Positions 1-11,959 of a stretch of 64,000 nucleotides of DNA are shown here, piece after piece. The notes beneath the pieces are model-generated. The model was not told the origin of the DNA and did no database searches. It saw only the letters and a list, made by a program, of their open reading frames with translations. Source of the stretch: Fimicolochytrium jonesii. Lineage: Eukaryota. The stretch covers positions 806,001 through 870,000 of the forward strand of contig NW_026515670.1 of NCBI RefSeq assembly GCF_025526975.1, given 5' to 3'. The translations under genes and the position numbers were made by a program. How positions within the stretch are numbered: position 1 is the first letter of the stretch; each line of letters begins with the position of its first letter.

Positions 1-2823
1 TATGTGGGCGCTTTGGGATTTGTAGCTGAGGAGTTCTTCAGCAACGTCACTGTAGCGTGGCCACTCGAGGTCAGTGCGTCAACTTTCTGTAATGGATTGT
101 ATGACTTTGAAAATCGGCGTTGAACGCTTCCACAAAACTGCAGGCCAAGCATTTGTCGGTGCACAGCATACTGTTCGCAACCGAGATATACTCGGTCCTC
201 GGGCAATCAGCAGCATCTCTCGCCCACGAGATCGCATTGCACTCCGTCGGTTATCACAGCCAAGTTCTCACATGTGAGGCAATACCAGCGTATCAGAAGG
301 CGACAGGCGCAGATAAGCTGAAGAAGAAGAAGAACGCGCCAGAGAGGCCGATAATCAATCCTGGATTTGAGAGCATTTTGAATGGGACTGATGCTGGAGC
401 TAGGAGGTAAACTCATCATTTTGACCGTGACAAAGAACCGGTTCTGTCTCTGACGGCATGCTTTGTGTGTAGTCTGGAGAGAAAGAAGCACCTTATGCGG
501 AACTTCCTCTTCGCTCTCACAAATCCCGTGGTCGCGACCGTGTATGATTCTGAGTTCCATCCGTTCGAGTTCTTTCTGGAAGCTTTTGCCGAACGGATAT
601 CTGCGTAAGCCACAAATGCCTCTCGCCTACGCTCCGCCTCCATACTCACATATGCCTTCCCTTCCATCAGATATCTCCTCTCTACGGTCTACAAGCCGCC
701 AGACCCATCCGCGCAAACGTCGCTGTTCGGCGGTTCGTCGGAGGACATCCTCTCCTTCGACCTCAAGCGCCCATCAGTGTATCTGCAGGAGATGAAAGCG
801 TATATGGCCGCTATCCGCTTCTTGGACTCGATGGGTAGGTCATCAATGAGTTTGCAATACATTCTCTGTGACTGCGTTGGCTAATCTTCAAAGTATATTC
901 AACGTAGTCCCGATCAGCTGTACATCTGCCATTCGCGACATCCTTCTGGAGAAGATCAGCGACGCAAAGTAAGCGTGTTCTCCTTGCCGTCTTTCCAGTT
1001 TCCGTGAACGCTTGCTTACCGTTCGCACGCTCAAAGTGCCAGAGAATACGCAGCCACGCAGCCGGACAGCATGGTGTACCAAGTGACGCGGGACACCAAA
1101 AAGTCTCGAGGGAACAAGCCAAGTCTCATCAACACGACCGTCTCCCCACCTGTGCTTGCGCTCTATGTGGCTTGGTATGGCGCCCAATGCACAGGTTGGA
1201 GAAGTGGATCTGTCTTGTAACTTCCTTCTTTTCGTGTGTTAGGTACTCTGAGCTTCTGGGATCGAAAGCGACATCCGGCACCGTGTGCTTTTCTCCCAAC
1301 CGACGTGCTTTCGTGAGCCGGAATCAGCAAGTGCTGCAAGCCGAGACGTATACAGATATCAACGGTGAGCATTTTACAACCGACTTTCGGGGATCGTCCG
1401 GATTGTGCTGAATGTCTCATGATTCAGAGTTGTCCGCTTTATGTGAGATCATTGGGCCCGCCGGCGTCAGGTTTTTCGATGAGCAGATTGTGGGCATGAT
1501 TGGCAGTCTGGGGAATAGCATTAAGGTGGGAGCAGTCGCAGTCTCGTCGATGAGGTATCGAAACTTTTCTCATCTCATTCGGGCTTCTGCAATAGGACCT
1601 TATGATGCAACATCAAGCGTTCCTCGAAGCGTTTCGGCTCAACTGGACCGACGAGGCGAAGGTCTTTGAACCCTTGAAAAAGCTGAAAGGTGAGCTCCGG
1701 ATCTGGATCAGCTCATCAGCTTCTGAAGATTGGTTGCTCATGTTGTATATCATCACAGGTGTAAAAGATCTCACCACAAGAGCCATCCAGCTTGGGTTCA
1801 TCATCGAATTCCGCACAATACTCGCAGATGCCAGCAACAAGGTAAGCACACCACATCCGTCCACATGCGCCCACCCTCTGGACTGACCACAGGACACCCC
1901 ACTTCACAGGTGTTTGGAGAAAAGTGCCCGCACGCGTTAGCGAGTGTAGCAACGGCGTATACCCACTTCCCGCGAACCGCGGAGGCAAAAGCGAACCCTA
2001 CGTACCAGGCTCTGCACGCACTGGCGCAAGATTTAGGCATTCGTCATGCCGCGGATGCGGATGTGCGGGTTGCTCCGTTGCTTGCAACCTTGATGGGTAA
2101 GGATGTCGTGTCATTGATGATGGCCATGCAATTGCTAAAGGACGAGCACAATCCACCAGGCAACCCATCGGATGCCGGCCTATGGTCGCTCCTCCCCTTC
2201 CTCCAAACAGCCATGCTCTACCAGATCGCCTTCGACGACAATGCGACATACAACCAGTACATCGACGGCCTGGAGAACAACGGACACTGCCTAGCATCTG
2301 CGTTCCGTGTGCTGCTTTCCGGGTTAAGGCCGCCACCAGGCGCGGCGTCGGGATGGGCCGCTGAGAAGGAGTTTTTGAATGTGAGTGCTTTTGTTTGCGC
2401 ATCTGATGAGCCAAACAGACTTGTGATTGACAAGGAGATTTGTCTTTGCAGATATCATCAACGGTTCTTATGCGGCTCTTGCATCGGACGACTGACAAGG
2501 AGCTAATGGCGAAACAGTTGGAATCAGCCTTCTTGGTCTTGAAACGGGTACGTGGATCACTTTCTCGGCTACAAAGAGTCGAGATGGGAAATCTCACATT
2601 CCTGTCCATATAGTTTGTGCAAGAGACGCCCGCAATCACATCCGGCATCGCAGAAACGATCATTCCGTACGCCGTCTTCCAGATCGTCAATGGCAGTCTG
2701 CATCGGAAGCGCATGGAGCAGCTCCACCATCAGCAGAAGAAACTACCCGGTGGGGCGAGCGTGCTGTCCATGGCCCATCTGGGATCTGTTGCGTCTGGGC
2801 AGGATGAGGAGACTGCTTTCTGA
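1..2823 (+). CDS. NCKAP1: Nck-associated protein 1 (Nap1/Hem, WAVE/SCAR complex subunit), multi-exon, 5' part outside window
   Basis: Spliced exons give PGFESIL, VCFSPNRRAFVS, AETYTDIxELSALCEIIGPAGVRF, YNQYIDGLENNGHCLA and IIPY, matching Nckap1-family motifs (YSDISEMRSLSELLGPYG, NNIHCLA, FPY). Stop TGA at 2821-2823. Confidence 0.85.
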
Positions 2824-3076
2824 TGTCGTGACGAACGTACTTACATACCGATGGACAATACATATTTCTTGTACTCCGACATGTTTTCTGTTTCAACTTC
2901 CAACGTAATCTTTGCCTCTTAATCTCAAGTCTTCTGGTCTTCTCGTGAATGCAATGTAGAAGGGGTACTTGGCGCCCTTCCCTCTCTAATATGATTAAGA
3001 ATGAGATTTGATAAAGTTAACTATGTACTACATGAAAACCGCCCCTTTGGCGATATGCCCTGTTGGACCACACCCA

Positions 3077-5143
3077 CTACGCACGCCCAGCGGCTACCGG
3101 GCTATGATCCGCATGGATCCGCCCTTTACAATTGCACTCGTCGCTTAGCAGCGAAAACGGCGACCCTGATTCCGACCCGCTATCAGAAAGTCGCCGTTGC
3201 ACGCGTTCTTTGGTTGAACTGCGGTGCGACACGGAATCTGATTTCATGCTTAACCCGTCTGTCTGCTGCTCGGTGCTCTCCACAACGAGCTCGTCCTCAA
3301 CTATGGTTTCTGATACCCCGTTCGTATGATTGACCCCTTCGATTTCCTTCTTTTCGAGCACACGCTGCTTATCCAGTGCCCTTCCGACCCTCTCCAGCTT
3401 CTTATCCGCAGCCGTCGCGGACCCAAAGGCGATCTGACGGGTCCTTTCATTCCAATGCAAACAGCGCTTCAGCGATTCGAACCAGTCCACTCCTTGGTCG
3501 GCATCGCAGATGGTAGGCATTGGCCACCGTGACATGTTGACCGTCACGAAATCGCCCTTTTTTAGTTCAATTCGGTGTCTTCCGTCGAAACTACACCATG
3601 CGGAGTTTCGCGAGTCGGCGGGCACTTGAATGCGAATCTCGGTTGTGTCGGGAAGTAGCATTGGTCGGAAGGAGAGCGTGTGAGGACATATGGGTGTAAC
3701 GAGGACTGAGGGAACTTCGGGATGGACAAGAGAACCACCGGCAGAAAGCTAAGGAGGGGAAAGAGTGAGATAGTATTCACCAGAAGATCATTCAGCGTCA
3801 TTACGTACCGAGTATGCGGTGGACCCCGTTGGCGTGCTCAAAACCAGCCCGTCGGCTTGCACTGTCGTTAGATGTTTGTCGTCAACGAACAGCTCCAACT
3901 GACTCATGTAAGCACTTGGCCCGCGGTCCACTACGAGGTCATTCAGGATTTGGAACGTTTCGACCGGGACCGGTTTGTGACCTCTATCTCCCGTTGACTT
4001 GGTATCTGCCAGAAACTGCAATGACGTCGTCCGCTTAGGCTTCGCCGACGATTCTTCGTCAAGATCCGGGTCGGCATGCGCGTCAAGCTGGGATGATATT
4101 TCATCCAGCAAATTCCCTATATCGCCGGGATGACGGTCCTCATCTCCGACTCGTGGAGGCATTGGGATTGACGATGGCATGTGGAAAGAGTCTCCCAGTA
4201 ACCCAAACTTTATACCATCGATGCTCTTCCGCTTCGAATCGTCCTCACTGAATGTAGTTTTATGATTCAAGTGCAAGCTGCTCCCAGTCGTCCTATCCTT
4301 CCTGCTCTTATAGTCGTGCGTCCAGACCGTGCAGCTCAATCTCATTCGCATGTTGATTCGCACTCCCTCGCCCCGACAGCCAATGACTCGCTGTAATATT
4401 TTCCGGATATCCGCAATATTGAAGTTCGTCAGAAACCCCAAGGATCCCAAATCGAATGACACTACGGGGGGGACCTGGGCGTGCTGGAAAAGCCAGGAGG
4501 TATAGATGACCGTTCCATCCCCACCGAGTGTGATGACAAAGTCGATGTGTTCCGCGTGAGTGGCACATAGTTCCGAATCCCAGAACATGAGCTTTTCTAC
4601 GTAGTGTGGGTGTGTAGACACCAGTTTCTCGTAGTTGAAAGCCGTGTGCGTTCGAAACTTGGAGTCGATATATCTGCAGGTGCAAGGATGTCGAGTGAGT
4701 CCCATGTTTCCGAAATCCGCAGGCATTACACTAGGCGCACATACACAGTGAGGCCTTGCAGGTTGCAGCTCGTTCTCGGGGTATCAATAAGGTGGCAAGC
4801 CAGTTGCCGGGTGAACTTTATTATTTTCGGATCGAACGCTTTAGCGACTATCATGACAGTTTGTGGTGCTTCAAGTTTGACTAGGGCACGTCCTATAACG
4901 CATGATAGAACACCTGAGTTTACGGAACCTTAAGCCTCGCTGCCACTTGCCCGTTGACGCAGACATACCGATGCATTTTGCAGCTTCCCTGACACCGACA
5001 GCCGTCTCAGCCAGCTTATGCGTAGGTGTCATGGTCCGCGGTGATGTGGCCAAGTGAGCCAGGCCTTTCCGAGTCAGTTTGGAATCGATGTTGGTAACCG
5101 ACGGGGGAACGGTCGTGATCTGAGCTGCCCGTTCGGCAGCCAT
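3077..5143 (-). CDS. ATP-NAD(H) kinase (Utr1/Yef1-like), multi-exon; 5' end uncertain
   Basis: Motifs IDFVITLGGDGT, LGSLGFLT, LNDLVVDRGPS, QADGLVLSTPTGSTAYS and SFDGRHRIEL. A splice acceptor just upstream of the ATG at 5143 suggests a further 5' exon is possible. Confidence 0.93.
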
Positions 5144-6066
5144 TGTTGTAGTTTCTTCCAGTAGCAACGGTTTCCCTGGATATCGTTGTAACGTAAAAAG
5201 TCTTAGTACGCCGCTGTTGTTGAGTGTGGTTCTGAACGGAAGAAGGTGGTGCGAAGTGGGAGGCGATGAGCGGGATGGTCGACACTTTGGGGGATCTCCG
5301 AGAGCGTTTTCACGTCACCCCCATGAGGTTGAGCATTATTGTCGCGCGCCTAATAATCATTTTCATGCACGCCGTTACGTTGTTATCGGCCCATCAGAGA
5401 CGCGTGGTGGCTCCCCAGTATCATGCAGAAGCGAGGAGTCATGGGAGCGGAGGCAAGAGACCCCCGAAATTGCATCAAGCACTGAGGATATCATCGAATT
5501 GATCGTAATATTCTCGGAAGTAGAGGAGATTCAGGAGGAGTCTCTAGCAAATCTTTGCTGGTTCACATTGTGCAGAAGGAGCGAGCAGGGCCGCAAACGT
5601 GCTGGGCTGGCTAGTGTATCTTTGAATGGACATGCCTAACTTATCTAGAGATGTCCGTTTGCGCATGTCCCAGTATCGGGCTTTGTGATGTACTGTATGT
5701 ACTGTACGTCCAATATGACAGCCCTGGAGCCAAGGGCAACACCGAGGGGTGCTCGTCGGCATGCAGTGGATCACTTTTAGCCTGCTGAATAAGTGTTCTC
5801 CCGGATAAAGGCTTGCTGTCCCAGAAATCACAGCCGCGCGTGCTAATTTCTAAAGTAAAGTCGTGTGACGTGGCCGGCTGGACGTGACTGGCCCCAGAAT
5901 ATTCGGAGCTTTCAAATGCAACTTCCCCTCAAGCGAACACCGTAATCTTTGGCGACAGCTTGCACTTACCAGCAAGCTACTGAACCGCCATATACATAGG
6001 AGCTCGTAGAGCGAGTCAGTCCAAAGTTATTTTCATCGTTGCTTTTTGCACTAGCGATCCATAACG

Positions 6067-8787
6067 ATGTCAGCATTGAAGGACTTGGTAGGCGGTGCCG
6101 ACTGCTCCGGCGGCAATTCTCTCAGCCACTTTACAAAACAACTACAGCAAGATAGATCACTACAACAGGTACGATAAACGTGAAGGACCAAGGCGCACCT
6201 AGTTGCTCTTCATCCATTCCATTCCACTCACCGAAGATGATACTCTTGTAGGACCGTTTTGGGCCTCCGGACAATGTCGGTGTTAGTAGTTCGGTAAGCC
6301 GCATGAGTCTGCTGCAGGTGTATCCTGTGGTGTGAATCGACCACTTAACAATGGCATTGCTCCTCTCAGGGACTCGGAATGCGTGGTCGAGCCGCACGAC
6401 CAAATCTAGCAACCGACGTGAGTACTCCTTGAGCGCAGGAGCGGGAACTCGTTTCATCTATTAACGTCCAACCATTGTTCGCAGAGTGTTGACGAGTTCA
6501 TCAATGCACCTGGTCCACAAGGCATGCAACGCCCGGGCATGTTTGACATGCAACCGCTTGGTAGAGAACTGGATTCCCTCATACCTCTGGCCAATGCCTC
6601 GAGAAACGCTGGGGCCGATTGGGGAGCCGAGTTTGTGAACCACAACATGCAAATGGGTCAACGACCAATGGCGCTTCCACAACAAAACGGTATCATACAC
6701 GGAGCGAACTGGATCAATGAGTTCGAATCCTCACGGCAGAGTGGGCCGCTCATGCGTGGTACGCTGGTTCCCATTTGAAAGTTGTCGAGATCCTCAACTA
6801 ACTCATGTGTGTTATAACAGAACCGGTGGCTAGGGATATGTGGGCAGCAGAGTTCCATTCACAGAAAGACCGACAACATCCACAAATGATTAATGGTAAT
6901 AGCGCAGAATTAGAACGAGCCTTCGAACAGGCCAGATGTAAGTCACTTCTGAGGACGATGATTGATCCGCTTCCGTAACAACGTCTAACAACAAAATTAC
7001 GCAGATCATACGAGATGGGAACCACAGGGGATTGCACAACGACCTGAAGCTTGGGCATCTGAATACCAGGGAGTCGAGAATGCAAATGCCGAATCATGGA
7101 TAAAGGAATTCAAAGAGACGGAGGGCATGTCGCACCCGGAAGGGTCAAAAGAAGCGCTTGCGGAATCTGCGAGGATGCTCCTGGATGCCGTGAATGCCCA
7201 AGACAACCCGAAATTCCGAGACTCGCAGTTTATGAAACTGATGAAACAGTTCCGAGACCAGGAGGCATCCATAGAAGGGAATAAGGTGGTGGAGCAAACA
7301 ACACCGTTTGAAGAAGCAGAGTCGTGGGCAAAGGAGTTTGGCGGTGGGACACCGATGCAAAAGGCGTCGTGGGAAGAAGATTTCAATGCCTTGCAATCGG
7401 ATGTACCCAACACGGCGGGGAAATCAAAGATGTGGGCGGAAGAGTTTGCAGGAGGTGCGGAAGCGGATTGGGCGACCGAGTATCAAGGAAACGGGCCAAA
7501 ACTCGAGGACAAGCAATGGACAGACGAGTTCCAGCGGCAAGCACAAGAACAAGCATGGGCAAACGAATTTGCGTCGGGAGACAGCAGCCTTGCCGAGGCA
7601 TTCGCCGACGAGTCCAAAAATTTAGACGATCTGTACAACAACGCCTGGGACTACGACGACCGCGGCTTCTCAGACGTGATCACAGGCCGCGCCATCGGTG
7701 CGCGGTACGACCACTACGAATTCACCTCCAACAATCCCTTCGTAGACCAAGTCCCCTCCCCCGTCAACGCGCGCAATCTCACCGAAACGATCCTAGTCCT
7801 GGAAGCCGCCGTGCAAAAGGACGCAACGAACAGCAGAGCCTGGTACGAGCTCGGGATCCGGCAACAGGAGAACGAAAACGACGTCGCAGCCATCGCTGCT
7901 CTGCGAGAAGCCGTGCGACACGATCCTGGGTTGCTGGACAGCTGGATCGCGTTGTCGGTCTCGTACACCAATGAGAACGCGCGGGCGGACGCGTATGATG
8001 CTCTGGAATCGTGGATTGCGAATAACCCGAAGTACAGCCATATTGCGGCCCGGTCGAGGGAGGACACGAGTCCACATGAGACGATTGCGAATATGTATAT
8101 CGAGGCGGCAAGGCAGGGTGGTGCGCAGGAGCTGGATGCGGATGTTCAGGTTGGATTAGGGGTGCTGTTCAACATTTCGGAGGAGTACCAGAAAGCTGTG
8201 GATTGCTTTGAGGCGGCGCTTTCAAAACGACCACAGGATTACCTGCTGTGGAACAAATTGGGGTAGGTGCAGCATGACGTTGTAGCACTCCTGTTTTTTT
8301 TTTCATCCCCGACTCATCGATATGTTTCACAATTACAGCGCAACACTAGCAAACTCCAATGACTCCGAACGCGCCATGGACGCCTACTTCCACGCCCTCG
8401 ACATCAACCCCTCCTACGTGCGCGCCCGCTACAATCTCGCCATCAGCTGTATCCAACTGCAGCAGTACCGCGAAGCCGCCGAACACCTTCTTGGAGCACT
8501 CGCCGTGCAGAGCAGCAACATTGAGACGGTTGTCGCGCAATCGAAGGGGAAAGGACGGGCGGATGAGGGTGATTTGACGGCGATGCATAGTGTGCAGAGT
8601 GGGACGGTTTGGTCGACGTTGAAGATGGTCGCTGATGGACATCGTAAGTATACCCCCTTTTCATCGGATTGATTACGCGGACACTGACCCACTCGGTATT
8701 TCTTTTCCCTTAGTGCGGCGACATGACCTCGCAGAAGCGTGCGAGAAGCGGGATCTGGATGCGTTCCGCGGCGAATTCGTCTTCTGA
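6067..8787 (+). CDS. PEX5: Peroxisomal targeting signal 1 receptor, multi-exon
   Basis: N-terminus MSALKDLVGGADCSGGNSL carries the conserved Cys. There are 11 WxxxF/Y motifs and C-terminal TPRs (AWYELGIRQQENE, LGVLFNISEEY, LWNKLGATLAN, YVRARYNLAISC). Stop TGA at 8785-8787. Confidence 0.96.
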
Positions 8788-9024
8788 GCATCCCATTTAT
8801 GGTAGTTTCACTACGTAGTCGTCGCCATTTGTATGTAGTTTCTCATTGTCTCTCAGACCTACTATAAACGTCTCAATGATGTAGAACCACGTAAATGTTG
8901 AAGAATCCATATGCTGACAAGCACGTATGATATCCGTAAGCCTTGGAAACCGTCCAAGTACCGGATGAGGGGATGAGTCCCGCTAGCCAAGGACGGTCCC
9001 TACGCCGCTACACTACAAAGTCTA

Positions 9025-10104
9025 TCATAAAACTTTACTATAGATCTCATACGAAATCCTCGCCGCCCTCCGCGGCGGTAAATGGTTGCTGGGCGAGATT
9101 CCATCAATCTCATACCTACAGCCCACAAGCACCGTCAGTCTCCCCACAACACTCTCCATCAACTCCGCGCAGAATAAGGTAACGCACCCTCGTTTCCGAT
9201 AGAAGTTGAGCGCGGCGGTATTGCTTTTGAACGCCGTCAGCATGCATTTGAGCATGTGGTACCGCCTCCCGAGCTCTTCGATGAGGGACATCAGGTGCGT
9301 GCCCAGGCCGCAATGTTGGTAGGAGGCAGAGATTTGGAGTTCATAGCTGCCAACGTGAAGGTGATCAGTTGATACATTCCAATGGCGCAATGTGCACCAA
9401 CCCTCGAATCATACCAATAAACCACCGGAATCTGCACATCTTCCCCGCTCTCCTCACTCCCCTCATCCTCATCCTCATCATTCTTAACCTCGTCCTTGTC
9501 ATCACACGACTCCTCCATCGTAAACTGAAAATACACAAACCCAACCGGCCGCGCATCCCCGCCCATCGTGTTCACAACAATATACCGCGCATTAGGCTCC
9601 GTCATCTCGCGTTGCTTGTCTTCGTCGGACCAGCCGGTGTCTTTTGCTGCTACGTATCTATCAGGTGATCGATGTTAGGTTCGTGGTTTTTGGAAAAGAT
9701 GGGCGGAGGGACGTACTCATCGTAGAGGTTTTCTTTGACGAGGTTGAAGGCCCATTGCTGTAATGCTGGTGGGAGCGTTTTGAGGGAGTATAGGTGAAGC
9801 TCCAAGTCTGTTCTGTCAGCGAAGCCGCGTGGGAAGATGGCAGCAAGGATGATCTGTGAGTTCCCTTAGGATTGCTCTAACTGGCATTTTTGACCTCGCT
9901 CTTTTGTCGGAACTGATTGCAGATGGCAAGCCCTACCCTAGCGTGGACGAAGCCTTGGATTGAATGTCGCAGCATTCTGAGAACAATTTCTCGGGAGACA
10001 CCTATGAGAATAATGAGCGTTGGGGGCACATTGAAGGGTCTGGACGACACGATGCACACCTCGTTTGCTTCCCGTACGAGCTCCTCTCCCTCGCTTGAGT
10101 TCAT
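9025..10104 (-). CDS. NAA40: N-alpha-acetyltransferase 40 (NatD, histone H4/H2A), multi-exon
   Basis: EMTEPNARYIVV, VGFVYFQFTMEE, VVYCYELQ, GLGTHLM, MLTAFKSNTAALNFY and YEIYSK are typical of Naa40/Nat4. Confidence 0.88.
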
Positions 10105-10450
10105 GGTCGCAACTTTGTGAGCGAATTCGGCGAGTCGAGTTGTGTGGGGGTTATTTTGGCACGGAGTTTGGCCCTTTTGAACTCCGATGTTGAATTCGAA
10201 AACTTTCGGACTTCGCGTGAGGACGATCTCGCCAAACGGACCCAAACAGCAGAGCAGCACCGACGGGTTCAACAGAACTTCAGACAGCTCCAGGTCATAC
10301 GTAGGATTTCCGCACACTGCAGAACCATCTCTCCATCGGTACCTTGGATGGGCTCTTACATATCTCAGGGCTCTATACAACTAGGTGCTATATGAACGTG
10401 GTTCTAATGTACGAGATTTCGAGCAGAGCCCAAGCCCATCATCTGCTACA

Positions 10451-11712
10451 CTAGGTATATTTGTCATCGCTTGATGTGGACGCAGAAGCTGGCGTTTCCC
10501 GATCCGCGCTCTCCACATTTGCATCTTTTGCACTACTACCGTTCACCGGTTTCGCATCAAAAGTGCTGGTGCTGCTTCCCGTTCCCGCCAGCTGCCATGC
10601 CGGGATGGTAGGGGTGCGCGGAATGTTGGGGAAGGAGGTCCGCACGGAACTGTTGATCTCTGCTGCTGGTGTAGGGAATTGAACGGTTGGCTGATCGGGC
10701 TTTTGTGAGCCGTTCTGCGACGGTTGTGACGGTGATTGCGAATGTGCCGGGGTGGGAGAGGCTACAGCGTCGTTCGCTAGGTTGGGTGATGATGTGTTGG
10801 ATGCGGGTGGCGTATTAGGCACACGACGGTTGAGGAGAAGCGACTTGAGTGATTTTATCTCGTTCTGCAAGTCCGTTATGACGGCAGTTTGGGACTCTTT
10901 GCTCTTGTCCAGCATCTGGCACCAGCAGTAGTCAGACATCAAAAATGAATCGTGACACAAGATAAAGATTCAAACGAACCTTTGGGATCAAATCTCTAAT
11001 TCCATCGACATCCCGCTTCAATTCCAGCATCTCCCTGTCCCTGTTCTCGTCGCTCTCTCGTAGCAACGTGAGGGTCGCGACCATCCCCTGCAGAGCCTCA
11101 TTCACTTTGGACCCCTGCGCATCTACCGCCTTCATAACCTCCATTGTTTCCGCCTTTACTGATTCCATCACCGTTGTGGTATTGGCCAGATGCGTTGACA
11201 GTTCGGTATTGGAATCATCCATTGCGGTGGGAGTCGGGAACTGAAGGTGCGGGATAACGTGTTTCTGCAGAACCACAGGATATGCCCAGTCAGTGATAGA
11301 TCATATGCCACACTATATGCCACACTTCAAATCGAAAGGCACCCACCCTGAGAAGCGTCCAAAGGCCATATCCTGCTCCGACGGCCCCTATGGCTCCCAA
11401 AGTGTAGTCCTTCCAATTGTATCCAGGTGGTGGTGGAGGTGGATATTGTGGATACGGAATCGGCGCATACTGTTGATACGCCCCGGTCGCTTGGGGTGGC
11501 AGGCCCTGCACTTGCTGCACAGCACCTCCTACGCTTGCAGCAGGACCGCTTGCGGACGCCCGACTCAAAGCCTCTTCGATTTCGTCTGCTGACAAGCCTT
11601 TGGTTTCGAGAAACGACACTCGCTTCGCCAAGGGAGACTCTTGAACTTTTGGGTCTCTGAGAAACCGGACTGCTGACTGGACAATGTCCTCGCGGACACC
11701 TGCTTTTACCAT
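10451..11712 (-). CDS. PEX14: Peroxisomal docking protein Pex14, 3 exons
   Basis: Pex14_N domain REDIVQSAVRFLRDPKVQESPLAKRVSFLETKGLSADEIEEAL, then WKDY plus a hydrophobic segment, a coiled coil, EIKSLKSLLLNRR and IPAWQLA. Confidence 0.95.
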
Positions 11713-11959
11713 TGTAGACGAGTAAGTAATCTGATGCTACGACCCCGGTAGTGACGTTGTCGGGGTCAGAGTGTCTGTCGCTTCTCCCTTCGCACCCGTC
11801 TGACTTGCGTCTGACTCCACGCGTAATAAGTCAGGACGTTGTGAACAGGCTTCCGCGTTTTCCTCATCCCGGCTTCCCCCGACGGTCGAATGGAAGGTCG
11901 GATAACACGGCAGTTTGGTGGCCTACTTATTTGAAGTCCTCAACCCTGGAAAGACCAGA
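11713..11959. promoter_or_regulatory. Short bidirectional promoter between PEX14 and MLYCD
   Basis: The divergent start codons are 247 bp apart. The region contains GTGACG and ACGCGT words. Confidence 0.6.

Noticed and set aside
3030..3100. Cryptic PTS1 on NAD kinase through stop read-through, which would extend the peroxisome cluster
   Set aside because: It ends -GRA followed by TAG TGG, not the TGA CTA context, and the extension does not end in a PTS1.
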